Source of the DNA: an uncultured Algibacter sp.
Lineage (GTDB): Bacteria > Bacteroidota > Bacteroidia > Flavobacteriales > Flavobacteriaceae
Length of the DNA stretch: 64,000 bases
NCBI RefSeq assembly: GCF_947490405.1
Contig: NZ_CANLGU010000006.1
Coordinates: 103,410 to 167,409, forward strand
Direction: 5' to 3'
Part shown: positions 19,428-27,354 of the stretch, piece by piece
How positions within the stretch are numbered: the stretch's first letter is position 1
Layout of the letters: each line of letters begins with the position of its first letter
Notes under the pieces: model-generated
What the model was told of the DNA's origin: nothing
Seen by the model: the letters and a program-made list of their open reading frames with translations, nothing else
The model's database searches: none
Made by a program: the position numbers and the translations under genes

Positions 19428-20300
19428 ATGAAGCTAAATACAATAAAAAGCATAGGAAGAAGTGATTTTGTAAATATGGGTCCAATTCAACTAAGGCAAC
19501 CCATACCCACACGAACTATTGATAATATCGATCCGTTTATACTATTGCATCATTACGGTCCTTATGAGATTTCAGAACAAAACAATCCGTTTGATTTAGG
19601 GCCACATCCGCATCGCGGGTTCGAACCAATTACCTTTTTAATTCAAGGTGAACAATTGCATAGAGACTCGCTAGGAAACGAAAGTGTGGTAAACGCTGGT
19701 GATGTACAATGGACAACAGCGGGTAGAGGTATTATTCATGCTGAAGCACCAACAAAAAGCTTTGTGCAAAAAGGAGGAATTTTAGAAGGGATTCAATTAT
19801 GGTTGAACTTACCTGCGGAGAAGAAAATGATGGAAGCCAATTATCAACATGTCGCTAACGACGATTTTAGAGTAGTTTCGTCCGATGACGGTAAAGTAAA
19901 CATCCAAATTATAGCAGGAGAATTGGATGGTGTTTACGGAAGGATAAAAACCCAAACTGCGGTGAATGCTTTTATGATAGATGTTGAAGACGATGGGTAT
20001 TTTGATATTAAAGTACCAAAAACACATCAATCTACCGTGTATTTATTAAAAGGTGATGTTTTGGTTAATGCTACAGAAAGCTTAAAGTTAAATGAAAATC
20101 AGTTAATTGAATTTAATCAAGATGGCGAAGGGTTTTCCATTAAAGGCAATGCAGCAAACAGCAAGGTGTTGTTTCTTTCGGGCGTACCTAATAACGAACG
20201 CGTAACCACTTACGGTCCGTATGTAATGAACACACAAACTGAAATTATGGAGGCCATGCGCGATTATCAAATGGGGAAAATGGGGTTTCTAGCCCCCTAA
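19428..20300 (+). CDS. Pirin family protein (long type)
   Basis: DPFILLHH, PHPHRGFEPIT, QWTTAGRGIIHAE, QLWLNLP, GPYVMNT. Start 19428 preferred because the ATG at 19401 lies inside the palindrome. Confidence 0.92.
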   Translation: MKLNTIKSIGRSDFVNMGPIQLRQPIPTRTIDNIDPFILLHHYGPYEISEQNNPFDLGPHPHRGFEPITFLIQGEQLHRDSLGNESVVNAGDVQWTTAGRGIIHAEAPTKSFVQKGGILEGIQLWLNLPAEKKMMEANYQHVANDDFRVVSSDDGKVNIQIIAGELDGVYGRIKTQTAVNAFMIDVEDDGYFDIKVPKTHQSTVYLLKGDVLVNATESLKLNENQLIEFNQDGEGFSIKGNAANSKVLFLSGVPNNERVTTYGPYVMNTQTEIMEAMRDYQMGKMGFLAP

Positions 20301-20319
20301 AGCAAACCCCTAACTCCAT

Positions 20320-20350
20320 AACCTGTAAGGTTTTTGAAACCTTGTAGGTT
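20320..20350. repeat. REP-like hairpin (family C)
   Basis: AACCTGTAAGGTTT-TTG-AAACCTTGTAGGTT: 14-bp stem with two G-U pairs. Confidence 0.6.
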
Positions 20351-20372
20351 TGAAAAAGTATGAGTAAGTATT

Positions 20373-20499
20373 CCCCTCCTTGGAGGGGCTAGGGGTGGGT
20401 TTGGAGAATGATCTTAAAGAAGAATGAAAATTTGAGTAAAAATTTAAAAATAAAGTTTAATTAAAAAGAAAGTCCCTCCTTTGGAGGGATTCAGGGAGG
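20373..20499 (+). repeat. Two GC-rich REP-like units (family D)
   Basis: CCCCTCCTTGGAGGGGCTAGGGGTGGG (20373-20399) and CCCTCCTTTGGAGGGATTCAGGGAGG (20474-20499). Confidence 0.7.
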
Positions 20500-20508
20500 C
20501 TTATTATT

Positions 20509-21225
20509 ATGAAAACAATAATTCACAAAGCAGATACAAGAGGGTATGCAGATCACGGTTGGTTAAAATCGCACCATACATTTAGTTTTTCAAGCTATCA
20601 AAATGCAGAACGTATGAATTTTGGAAAACTAAGAGTGCTAAATGACGATGTAGTACAACCCAAAATGGGTTTTGGAACGCATCCGCACCAAAATATGGAG
20701 ATTATTTCCATTCCACTAAAAGGCGCATTATCGCATAAAGATAGCATGGGAAATAAACGTGCGATTGAAGTTGGTGAAGTACAAGTGATGAGCGCTGGAA
20801 CAGGATTGACACATTCTGAATTTAACGACAGTCAAACAGATACTGTTAACTTTTTACAGTTATGGATTATTCCAGAGCAAACAGGTGTTGCACCCAATTA
20901 CGAACAGCGAAATTTTGACGTTTTAGAAAGCAAAAATAAGCTGCAAACTGTAGTATCTCCAAAGGATAAGCTAGTGGATAATGCCTTACCAATTAGTCAG
21001 CAGGCTTATATTTATAGAACGGATTTGGAAGCGAGTAAATCGGTTACCTTAAGTCCTAAAGATGCAAATAACGGGTTTTATGTTTTTATTGTGGATGGTG
21101 CAGTTGAAGTTGAAGAACATACCTTGCATACACGAGATGCTATTGGGGTTTGGGATGTTGAAGCCCTTGTTGTAACTGCCACTAAAAACACTGAGGTTAT
21201 TGTAATTGAAGTACCAATGGATTAA
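20509..21225 (+). CDS. Pirin family protein (YhhW-like)
   Basis: HGWLKSHHTFSF, LRVLNDD, HPHQNMEI, MSAGTG...HSEFN. Confidence 0.92.
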   Translation: MKTIIHKADTRGYADHGWLKSHHTFSFSSYQNAERMNFGKLRVLNDDVVQPKMGFGTHPHQNMEIISIPLKGALSHKDSMGNKRAIEVGEVQVMSAGTGLTHSEFNDSQTDTVNFLQLWIIPEQTGVAPNYEQRNFDVLESKNKLQTVVSPKDKLVDNALPISQQAYIYRTDLEASKSVTLSPKDANNGFYVFIVDGAVEVEEHTLHTRDAIGVWDVEALVVTATKNTEVIVIEVPMD

Positions 21226-21329
21226 GAATTAAGAGCAATTAATAGTGAAAAAGCATCTAGAAATAGATGTTTTTTTTGTTTAAAACCACGATATTTGCTT
21301 TTCAACTAACCAAAAAAAAAGAAAAGATT

Positions 21330-21512
21330 ATGGCGATGAATAAAAATACAGTACTAGCATGGGCAACAATTTTAATGATTATTATGGGTGTTGCACTTAT
21401 TTTAATGGGGGCTTACAGATATCATGAGGTTGCTGGATGGGGTTTTGCTACCGTGGGTATTGGTTTTTTTGCAATAGCATGGGTGTTTAATGCTTTAAAA
21501 GGACGGGTTTAA
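21330..21512 (+). CDS. Small two-TM membrane protein
   Basis: MAMNKNTVLAWAT...FNALKGRV; two hydrophobic helices. Confidence 0.75.
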   Translation: MAMNKNTVLAWATILMIIMGVALILMGAYRYHEVAGWGFATVGIGFFAIAWVFNALKGRV

Positions 21513-21592
21513 AAATTTTAAATTCACGATTGATGATTTCAGTATTTTAAAAGAGCTTAATAATTAAAAGATTCAATAGATAAACATATAAT

Positions 21593-23284
21593 ATGAGCGA
21601 CGATAAAAAGATAATCTTCTCAATGTCCGGTGTTACAAAAACATTTCAAAGTGCCAATACACCAGTTTTAAAAAATATTTACTTAAGTTTTTTTTACGGG
21701 GCTAAAATTGGAATTTTAGGTCTTAATGGTTCTGGTAAATCCACCTTATTAAAAATTATTGCTGGCGTAGATAAAAATTATCAAGGTGATGTGGTGTTTT
21801 CTCAAGATTACTCTGTAGGGTATTTAGAGCAAGAGCCACAACTTGATGAAGATAAAACGGTGATGGAAGTAGTACGAGAAGGTGCTGCTGAAACTGTGGC
21901 TATTCTTGATGAATATAATAATATTAACGACCAGTTTGGTTTAGAGGAAGTTTACAGCGACCCAGATAAGATGGAAAAGCTTATGAGCCGTCAAGCAGAA
22001 TTACAAGATCAAATTGATGCGGCAAATGCTTGGGAGCTAGATACTAAGCTTGAAATTGCTATGGATGCTTTACGAACGCCTGATGGTGATAAGAAAATTG
22101 GCGTATTGTCTGGAGGTGAACGTCGTCGTGTAGCGTTGTGTCGCTTATTGTTAAAAGAACCAGATGTGCTATTATTAGATGAGCCTACCAACCATTTGGA
22201 TGCAGAATCTGTACATTGGTTAGAGCATCATTTGGCACAATATAAAGGTACTGTAATTGCTGTAACGCACGATAGATACTTTTTAGATAATGTAGCAGGT
22301 TGGATTTTAGAATTGGATAGAGGGGAAGGTATTCCTTGGAAAGGGAATTATTCGTCATGGTTAGATCAAAAATCTAAGCGAATGGCTCAGGAAGGTAAAG
22401 CAGCATCTAAACGTCAAAAAACATTAGAGCGTGAGTTGGATTGGGTGCGTCAAGGTGCTAAAGGGCGACAAACCAAACAGAAAGCACGTTTAAAAAATTA
22501 CGATAAGTTAATGAGTCAAGACCAAAAACAACTTGACGAAAAATTAGAAATATACATACCTAACGGCCCGCGTTTAGGTACCAATGTTATAGAAGCTAAG
22601 GGTGTGGCGAAGGGCTATGATGATAAATTGTTGTATGACGATTTAAACTTTAACCTACCACAAGCGGGTATTGTTGGTATTATTGGCCCAAACGGTGTTG
22701 GTAAAACCACTATTTTTAGAATGATAATGGGAGAAGAAACACCTGATAAAGGTGAGTTTGTTGTTGGCGACACTGCAAAATTAGCTTATGTAGATCAAAA
22801 ACATTCTAATATAGATCCAGAGAAAACCATTTGGCAAAACTTTAGTGATGAGCAAGAATTGGTCATGATGGGTGGAAAAGAAGTAAATTCTAGAGCCTAT
22901 TTAAGTCGATTTAACTTTTCCGGTGGAGAGCAAAACAAAAAAGTAAAATTACTTTCTGGTGGAGAGCGTAACCGTTTACATTTGGCTATGACGCTTAAAG
23001 AAGAAGGTAACGTATTGCTTTTAGATGAGCCTACAAATGATCTTGATGTAAATACGCTAAGAGCATTGGAAGAAGGTTTAGAAAACTTTGCAGGATGTGC
23101 CGTAGTAATTAGTCACGACCGTTGGTTCTTAGATAGAATATGTACACATATTTTAGCGTTTGAAGGCGATTCGCAAGTGTATTTCTTTGAAGGCAGTTTT
23201 TCGGATTACGAAGAAAACAAGAAAAAACGATTAGGTGGCGATTTGATGCCTAAACGAATTAAGTATAAGAAACTAGTAAGATAG
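21593..23284 (+). CDS. ettA: Energy-dependent translational throttle protein (ABC-F)
   Basis: Two ABC domains (GLNGSGKST, GPNGVGKT), LSGGE signatures, IYLSFFYGAKIG, RQTKQKAR linker. Confidence 0.95.
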   Translation: MSDDKKIIFSMSGVTKTFQSANTPVLKNIYLSFFYGAKIGILGLNGSGKSTLLKIIAGVDKNYQGDVVFSQDYSVGYLEQEPQLDEDKTVMEVVREGAAETVAILDEYNNINDQFGLEEVYSDPDKMEKLMSRQAELQDQIDAANAWELDTKLEIAMDALRTPDGDKKIGVLSGGERRRVALCRLLLKEPDVLLLDEPTNHLDAESVHWLEHHLAQYKGTVIAVTHDRYFLDNVAGWILELDRGEGIPWKGNYSSWLDQKSKRMAQEGKAASKRQKTLERELDWVRQGAKGRQTKQKARLKNYDKLMSQDQKQLDEKLEIYIPNGPRLGTNVIEAKGVAKGYDDKLLYDDLNFNLPQAGIVGIIGPNGVGKTTIFRMIMGEETPDKGEFVVGDTAKLAYVDQKHSNIDPEKTIWQNFSDEQELVMMGGKEVNSRAYLSRFNFSGGEQNKKVKLLSGGERNRLHLAMTLKEEGNVLLLDEPTNDLDVNTLRALEEGLENFAGCAVVISHDRWFLDRICTHILAFEGDSQVYFFEGSFSDYEENKKKRLGGDLMPKRIKYKKLVR

Positions 23285-23338
23285 ATTAGTAATTAAAAAG
23301 CCTGCAATTGCAGGCTTTTTAATTACTAATCTATCTTA
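23277..23338. terminator. 62-bp perfect palindrome acting as a bidirectional terminator
   Basis: Left arm TAAGATAGATTAGTAATTAAAAAGCCTGCAA is the exact reverse complement of the right arm, with no loop. Confidence 0.85.
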
Positions 23339-23534
23339 GAGATTCTAATTGTTTAATTCTTTTTTTTAATTTATAAGTATTGAACAGACTTATAGTTAAT
23401 AAAAGCAAAAGGGTTAAAAATCCAACAGATAAGATACTAATCAGATTACCAAGATTTTTTTCGTTTTCTAAAGAATTTAAAACTTCAAGATTATTTTGAA
23501 ATAATAATTTTGTGTGAATAAGAAGTGTTTTCAT
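23331..23534 (-). CDS. Small single-TM protein
   Basis: Hydrophobic helix followed by YKLKKRIKQLE. Confidence 0.55.
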   Translation of the reverse strand: MKTLLIHTKLLFQNNLEVLNSLENEKNLGNLISILSVGFLTLLLLLTISLFNTYKLKKRIKQLESLR

Positions 23535-23676
23535 ATTTATTGGGGTTGTTTATTTCTATAGATATATATCCAGAGCCTAACTTATAGTCAGAAAGGTTTA
23601 TACTATTAATAGTTTTTTTATTAATGTTAAAATATGGGTTATAAAATTAAAAAAATAAATATCAAATTTTAATTGT

Positions 23677-23919
23677 TTAATTTCCTCCATACATATGCCC
23701 ATCAGTAAAGTCTTGATAAGGCTTATCTTCTTCCTCAGCAATCTTAGTATTCATTGCATCTAAGCGTTCGTTTTCTTTTTTAAGTTTATAAGATTTTCGA
23801 ATACCTAGTAACAATAAAATACCAAAAAAGATAGTAACAATAATGAGTACCGTTACAATATCTGATTGTTTTATTAAAGCAATGGTGTTAGGGTTAAAAA
23901 GAGAGTAATTTATTAGCAT
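23677..23919 (-). CDS. Small single-TM protein
   Basis: Hydrophobic helix followed by YKLKKENERLD and an acidic tail. Confidence 0.7.
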   Translation of the reverse strand: MLINYSLFNPNTIALIKQSDIVTVLIIVTIFFGILLLLGIRKSYKLKKENERLDAMNTKIAEEEDKPYQDFTDGHMYGGN

Positions 23920-24150
23920 ATTTAATGCATCAAAGATATTTGATTATAAACAAAGATAATGTATTCTTTCAAAACGTCTGAATTTTTTTATTAACTGTAA
24001 CAATTTCTTAATTTACAATACATATGATTAGAGCATTGATTAACATATACAAAATTTTGAAAGTAAATACTCATTTACGTTTTAAAATTGAGATTTTTTA
24101 ACGAAATTGCTTATCCATAAAATTGTTCAACTTAAAACCAAAAATATACA

Positions 24151-25494
24151 ATGTCTGATGATTTTGATTTATTAGAAACTAATTCCAACGAAAAAACAGA
24201 GAAAGTAGATGTTAACTGGGGAAAAGCCATAGACACTATGAAATCTAAATTATCTCAAGAAGATGATCCTGAGGTACGTCAAAAAATATTAAATGCCACT
24301 TTGGATGATGTGGTTCATATGGCTGAGAAAGACAGAACAACGCTTTTAGATGCCATTAAAGACCTTACAGATTATCAGGATGAAGTAGGGATTATATTCG
24401 AAAAATTTTCTGCATTAAACCCTACCGAGCAAAAGGTAATAGACGATGCACAAAAAGCATTAGAGCGTGCTAAAATCGAATTAGAAGATGCACAGGCTAA
24501 ACCAGATACTTGGTGGAATAACCTTTGGGGACGTAAAAGTAAAATTAAAAAAGCTGAAGATGCTTTAAAAACAGCTGAAAAAGTTAGAGCAGGAGCCGAT
24601 AACAAGGCCAAAGCTATGTTTCAAGAGCGTATAGAAAGTGCCGATGTACAAACACTTTTAAGCGAATTATCATATAAATCTCAAGCAGCTGTTACACGTT
24701 TAAAAAACCGAGAGGTAGAGATTAAAGAAGTAGAAGAAAAGTTGAAAGATGCTATAGTTGAAGCTTCAAAAAACCACACAAAAGCTTTAGAGAAGAAAAA
24801 AGAAGTAGAAGCGAAGCTAGAAGAGCAATATGCTTTACTAAAACAAGCGCGCCAAGAGTTAGAAGATATTGCCGATAAACAATCTGCAGAATATGCAGAA
24901 GCTATTGGTAAGGTTACACAGCTAGAGCAAAAAGTTGAAGAACTTGAAGGTCTTAAAAATGCGTACACAACATTAGCTGCCAGTAAAGATAGTTTTGTTC
25001 ATAAGCACAATTTAACTATTAAAGTATTAACGTCTTTACGTAGCAATCTTCAAACACATCGTGCTAAGTTAAAGTCTGATACAGAAGAGCGTCTTAAATA
25101 TTATGATGGTTATGTAGTGGCATTAAAAGCCAGAACAGACCAAGAATTCGCTGCTATTTTAGAGCATTTAGGCGTAAAAACCGATGAGCATATTGGCGAA
25201 ACGCTAGCATCTATGCATACCGCAAGTGCTAAAGCGCGTCAAGATATGATGGATAATATTCCAGTTCACGAGAAAGTAATGCAAGGCGTTTATAGTAGTT
25301 ATGCTGAGGCTTTACAAGAAATTCGTGCAAAAGATGGTGAGATCCAAAAGAATTTTGCTGAGCGTTATGGTATCGATATGAAAGAAATTTTTGAAGACTA
25401 TTACAATGCTGATGCCAACCAACCTTCAGGAGATGATGGTGAGCCAGAAGGAAAAACAAAACCAGAAGCAAACGACGACGATTTACTGTCTTAA
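24151..25494 (+). CDS. Uncharacterised long coiled-coil protein (possibly TelA/KlaA-like)
   Basis: All-alpha, E/K/A-rich heptads; WWNNLWGRK aromatic motif; no signal peptide. Confidence 0.8.
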   Translation: MSDDFDLLETNSNEKTEKVDVNWGKAIDTMKSKLSQEDDPEVRQKILNATLDDVVHMAEKDRTTLLDAIKDLTDYQDEVGIIFEKFSALNPTEQKVIDDAQKALERAKIELEDAQAKPDTWWNNLWGRKSKIKKAEDALKTAEKVRAGADNKAKAMFQERIESADVQTLLSELSYKSQAAVTRLKNREVEIKEVEEKLKDAIVEASKNHTKALEKKKEVEAKLEEQYALLKQARQELEDIADKQSAEYAEAIGKVTQLEQKVEELEGLKNAYTTLAASKDSFVHKHNLTIKVLTSLRSNLQTHRAKLKSDTEERLKYYDGYVVALKARTDQEFAAILEHLGVKTDEHIGETLASMHTASAKARQDMMDNIPVHEKVMQGVYSSYAEALQEIRAKDGEIQKNFAERYGIDMKEIFEDYYNADANQPSGDDGEPEGKTKPEANDDDLLS

Positions 25495-25501
25495 AGAATA
25501 T

Positions 25502-25549
25502 GTTATTCCCGCTTTATGACTACGTTCAAGATAAACTATGGCGGGAATC
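25502..25549 (+). repeat. REP family B copy with expanded loop
   Basis: GTTATTCCCGC...GCGGGAATC arms around a 28-nt insert. Confidence 0.65.
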
Positions 25550-25589
25550 TTTTTCAAATATAACTTTAAGTTTAATCTAGGTTCTATCT

Positions 25590-25673
25590 GCGTTAAGGAT
25601 TGAACGGCATGTTTGAGCTCCCCGACCTTAGGCGGGAGCGAGTAGTGAAAGCCCGACCCTTGTGGTAACGCCC
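25590..25673 (+). repeat. Dispersed repeat family A, copy 3
   Basis: GCGTTAAGGATTGAACGGCATGTTTGAGCTCCC...GGGAGCGAGTAGTGAAAGCCCGACCC...GGTAACGCCC. Confidence 0.9.
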
Positions 25674-25721
25674 GAATAAACTTTTTAAGTATTCATAAAA
25701 ATTCGTGTTAAAAGAAAATTA

Positions 25722-26789
25722 ATGTCAATAAACCACATCGTAACACCTTTAGATTCAGCTATACTCGATTCCAAAGCGCAATACGTTTTTTATCATAAAA
25801 TGGTAGATTTTGCTTTTAAAGAATTGATTGTAGCCGTTCAAAGAGAAAAAATATGTAATGATATTGAGGTGCAATTGTTTAAGCAATATTGCGATTTGTT
25901 ATTGTATTCCGTTGAAGCCATGCGTGTTAAGTACATGTATGATGATGAGGATAATATGAAAGTGGATTTGACAGATTCTGGATTTCCAAATTATTTAGAA
26001 TTCCGTTACCTGTTTAACGATTTAGAATTGCGTGATGAATATCTAGAAAGATTAACGCCTATAGCAACACTTAAAGAGGAGTTTTTAGATACGCTTTTAC
26101 GTAAAAAAGAACCTGTAAAAAAAAGCAAACTGTTTCAAGCTTCTTCGATTGTATATTATACATCTGTAAATAAACAATATATTTTTAATCGTTTTGTACA
26201 AGGTAAAATTCTTAGTGCTCCAGAACATGCGGAAGCAGATTTAGTTACAAGTTGGAGTTTTTACGATGTGTCTCATAACCGTCCGTTTATTTGCTTCATG
26301 TATTTTAATTATGATGGCAACAAAATACTTGATTATAGAGAAGAGATTTATAATGTTTTAAAAACGGTTGCAGACAGAGATATGTCTTTGGATACTTTGG
26401 CATACACTATAGACAGGAAGCTTCCTAAAATATCTCCAAAACTTTTAAAACGTATAGATTTAGGTCCATTGCATAATGTTTTCGCCAAAGATGAGCACCT
26501 AGTAACACACACTATTTTAGAGAGTATTAGTAAAAAGCAAATCCCTATAGAGTCTTATGCGCTTTCTCTTAGCGTAGATGAAGTACAATCGAAAAGTGAA
26601 TTTAAAGATGGTGGCTTTTTTAATAAGCAAGTTTTACAAAAATGGGATGATGTTTTTAAACAAAAATACGTTTTAGCACCGCATCGTATTATTCAATTAT
26701 TATATAACAAAACACCTGAAATGATGAATGAGCTGGCAAAATCACCTATTGAAATTGCAGGTTTGAAAATAGAAAAAAATGAAATTTAA
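25722..26789 (+). CDS. Hypothetical cytoplasmic protein of the AAA cluster
   Basis: 355-aa ORF; SGFPNYLE, WSFYD, DLGP motifs; no recognised catalytic signature. Confidence 0.8.
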   Translation: MSINHIVTPLDSAILDSKAQYVFYHKMVDFAFKELIVAVQREKICNDIEVQLFKQYCDLLLYSVEAMRVKYMYDDEDNMKVDLTDSGFPNYLEFRYLFNDLELRDEYLERLTPIATLKEEFLDTLLRKKEPVKKSKLFQASSIVYYTSVNKQYIFNRFVQGKILSAPEHAEADLVTSWSFYDVSHNRPFICFMYFNYDGNKILDYREEIYNVLKTVADRDMSLDTLAYTIDRKLPKISPKLLKRIDLGPLHNVFAKDEHLVTHTILESISKKQIPIESYALSLSVDEVQSKSEFKDGGFFNKQVLQKWDDVFKQKYVLAPHRIIQLLYNKTPEMMNELAKSPIEIAGLKIEKNEI

Positions 26790-27309
26790 AATTAAGATTC
26801 TTTTTGTATTAGTTCTAGTTGTTTCATGTAAAAGTGATGATGATGCAACTTCTACAACAAGTAATAATGAGTCAACACGTATTGATTTAGTTACGGGAAT
26901 GTATGCTAGAGCTTCAGAATTTGGTCCTTCAATTGTATTAGGAAACCCAAATATATTGGATGATAAAATTTTTGTTTACCCAAATCCAGCTATAGGAAGT
27001 GTTGTTGTAAGAAGTAATGCAGAAGCTTTTTCTGATGTATGGCTGGTAAAAGCTAACCCTCTAAAAAAGTTTCAAGACGAAGATTTTTCAAAAATTTTTA
27101 ATACTAGTTTATATAGTTTTTCTGAAATTTCATCACAAGCAGAACTAAGTTTTTTAGATATCGCAGGTACAAATTTATCTATTAATTTAGAAAATTTAAG
27201 TTCTGGTTATTACAAAGTTTTTGCAAGAATTAATGATGAAATATTTTGGACAAATATATATGTTGGTAATGATAAGAATATAGATACATTGATAAACTTC
27301 TGGAACTAA
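26779..27309 (+). CDS. Lipoprotein with T9SS-CTD-like motifs
   Basis: Lipobox VVSC; IFVYPNPA and NLENLSSGYYKVF resemble type A T9SS C-terminal domain motifs. Confidence 0.65.
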   Translation: MKFKIKILFVLVLVVSCKSDDDATSTTSNNESTRIDLVTGMYARASEFGPSIVLGNPNILDDKIFVYPNPAIGSVVVRSNAEAFSDVWLVKANPLKKFQDEDFSKIFNTSLYSFSEISSQAELSFLDIAGTNLSINLENLSSGYYKVFARINDEIFWTNIYVGNDKNIDTLINFWN

Positions 27310-27354
27310 AATAATTGAATTCTGCACACAAAATAAGTCTGAAAAACAAGTAAT

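Noticed and set aside
24375-25471. Antisense ORFs (78, 95 and 80 aa) over the coiled-coil gene
   Set aside because: Typical reverse-frame shadows of E/K/A-rich coding sequence.
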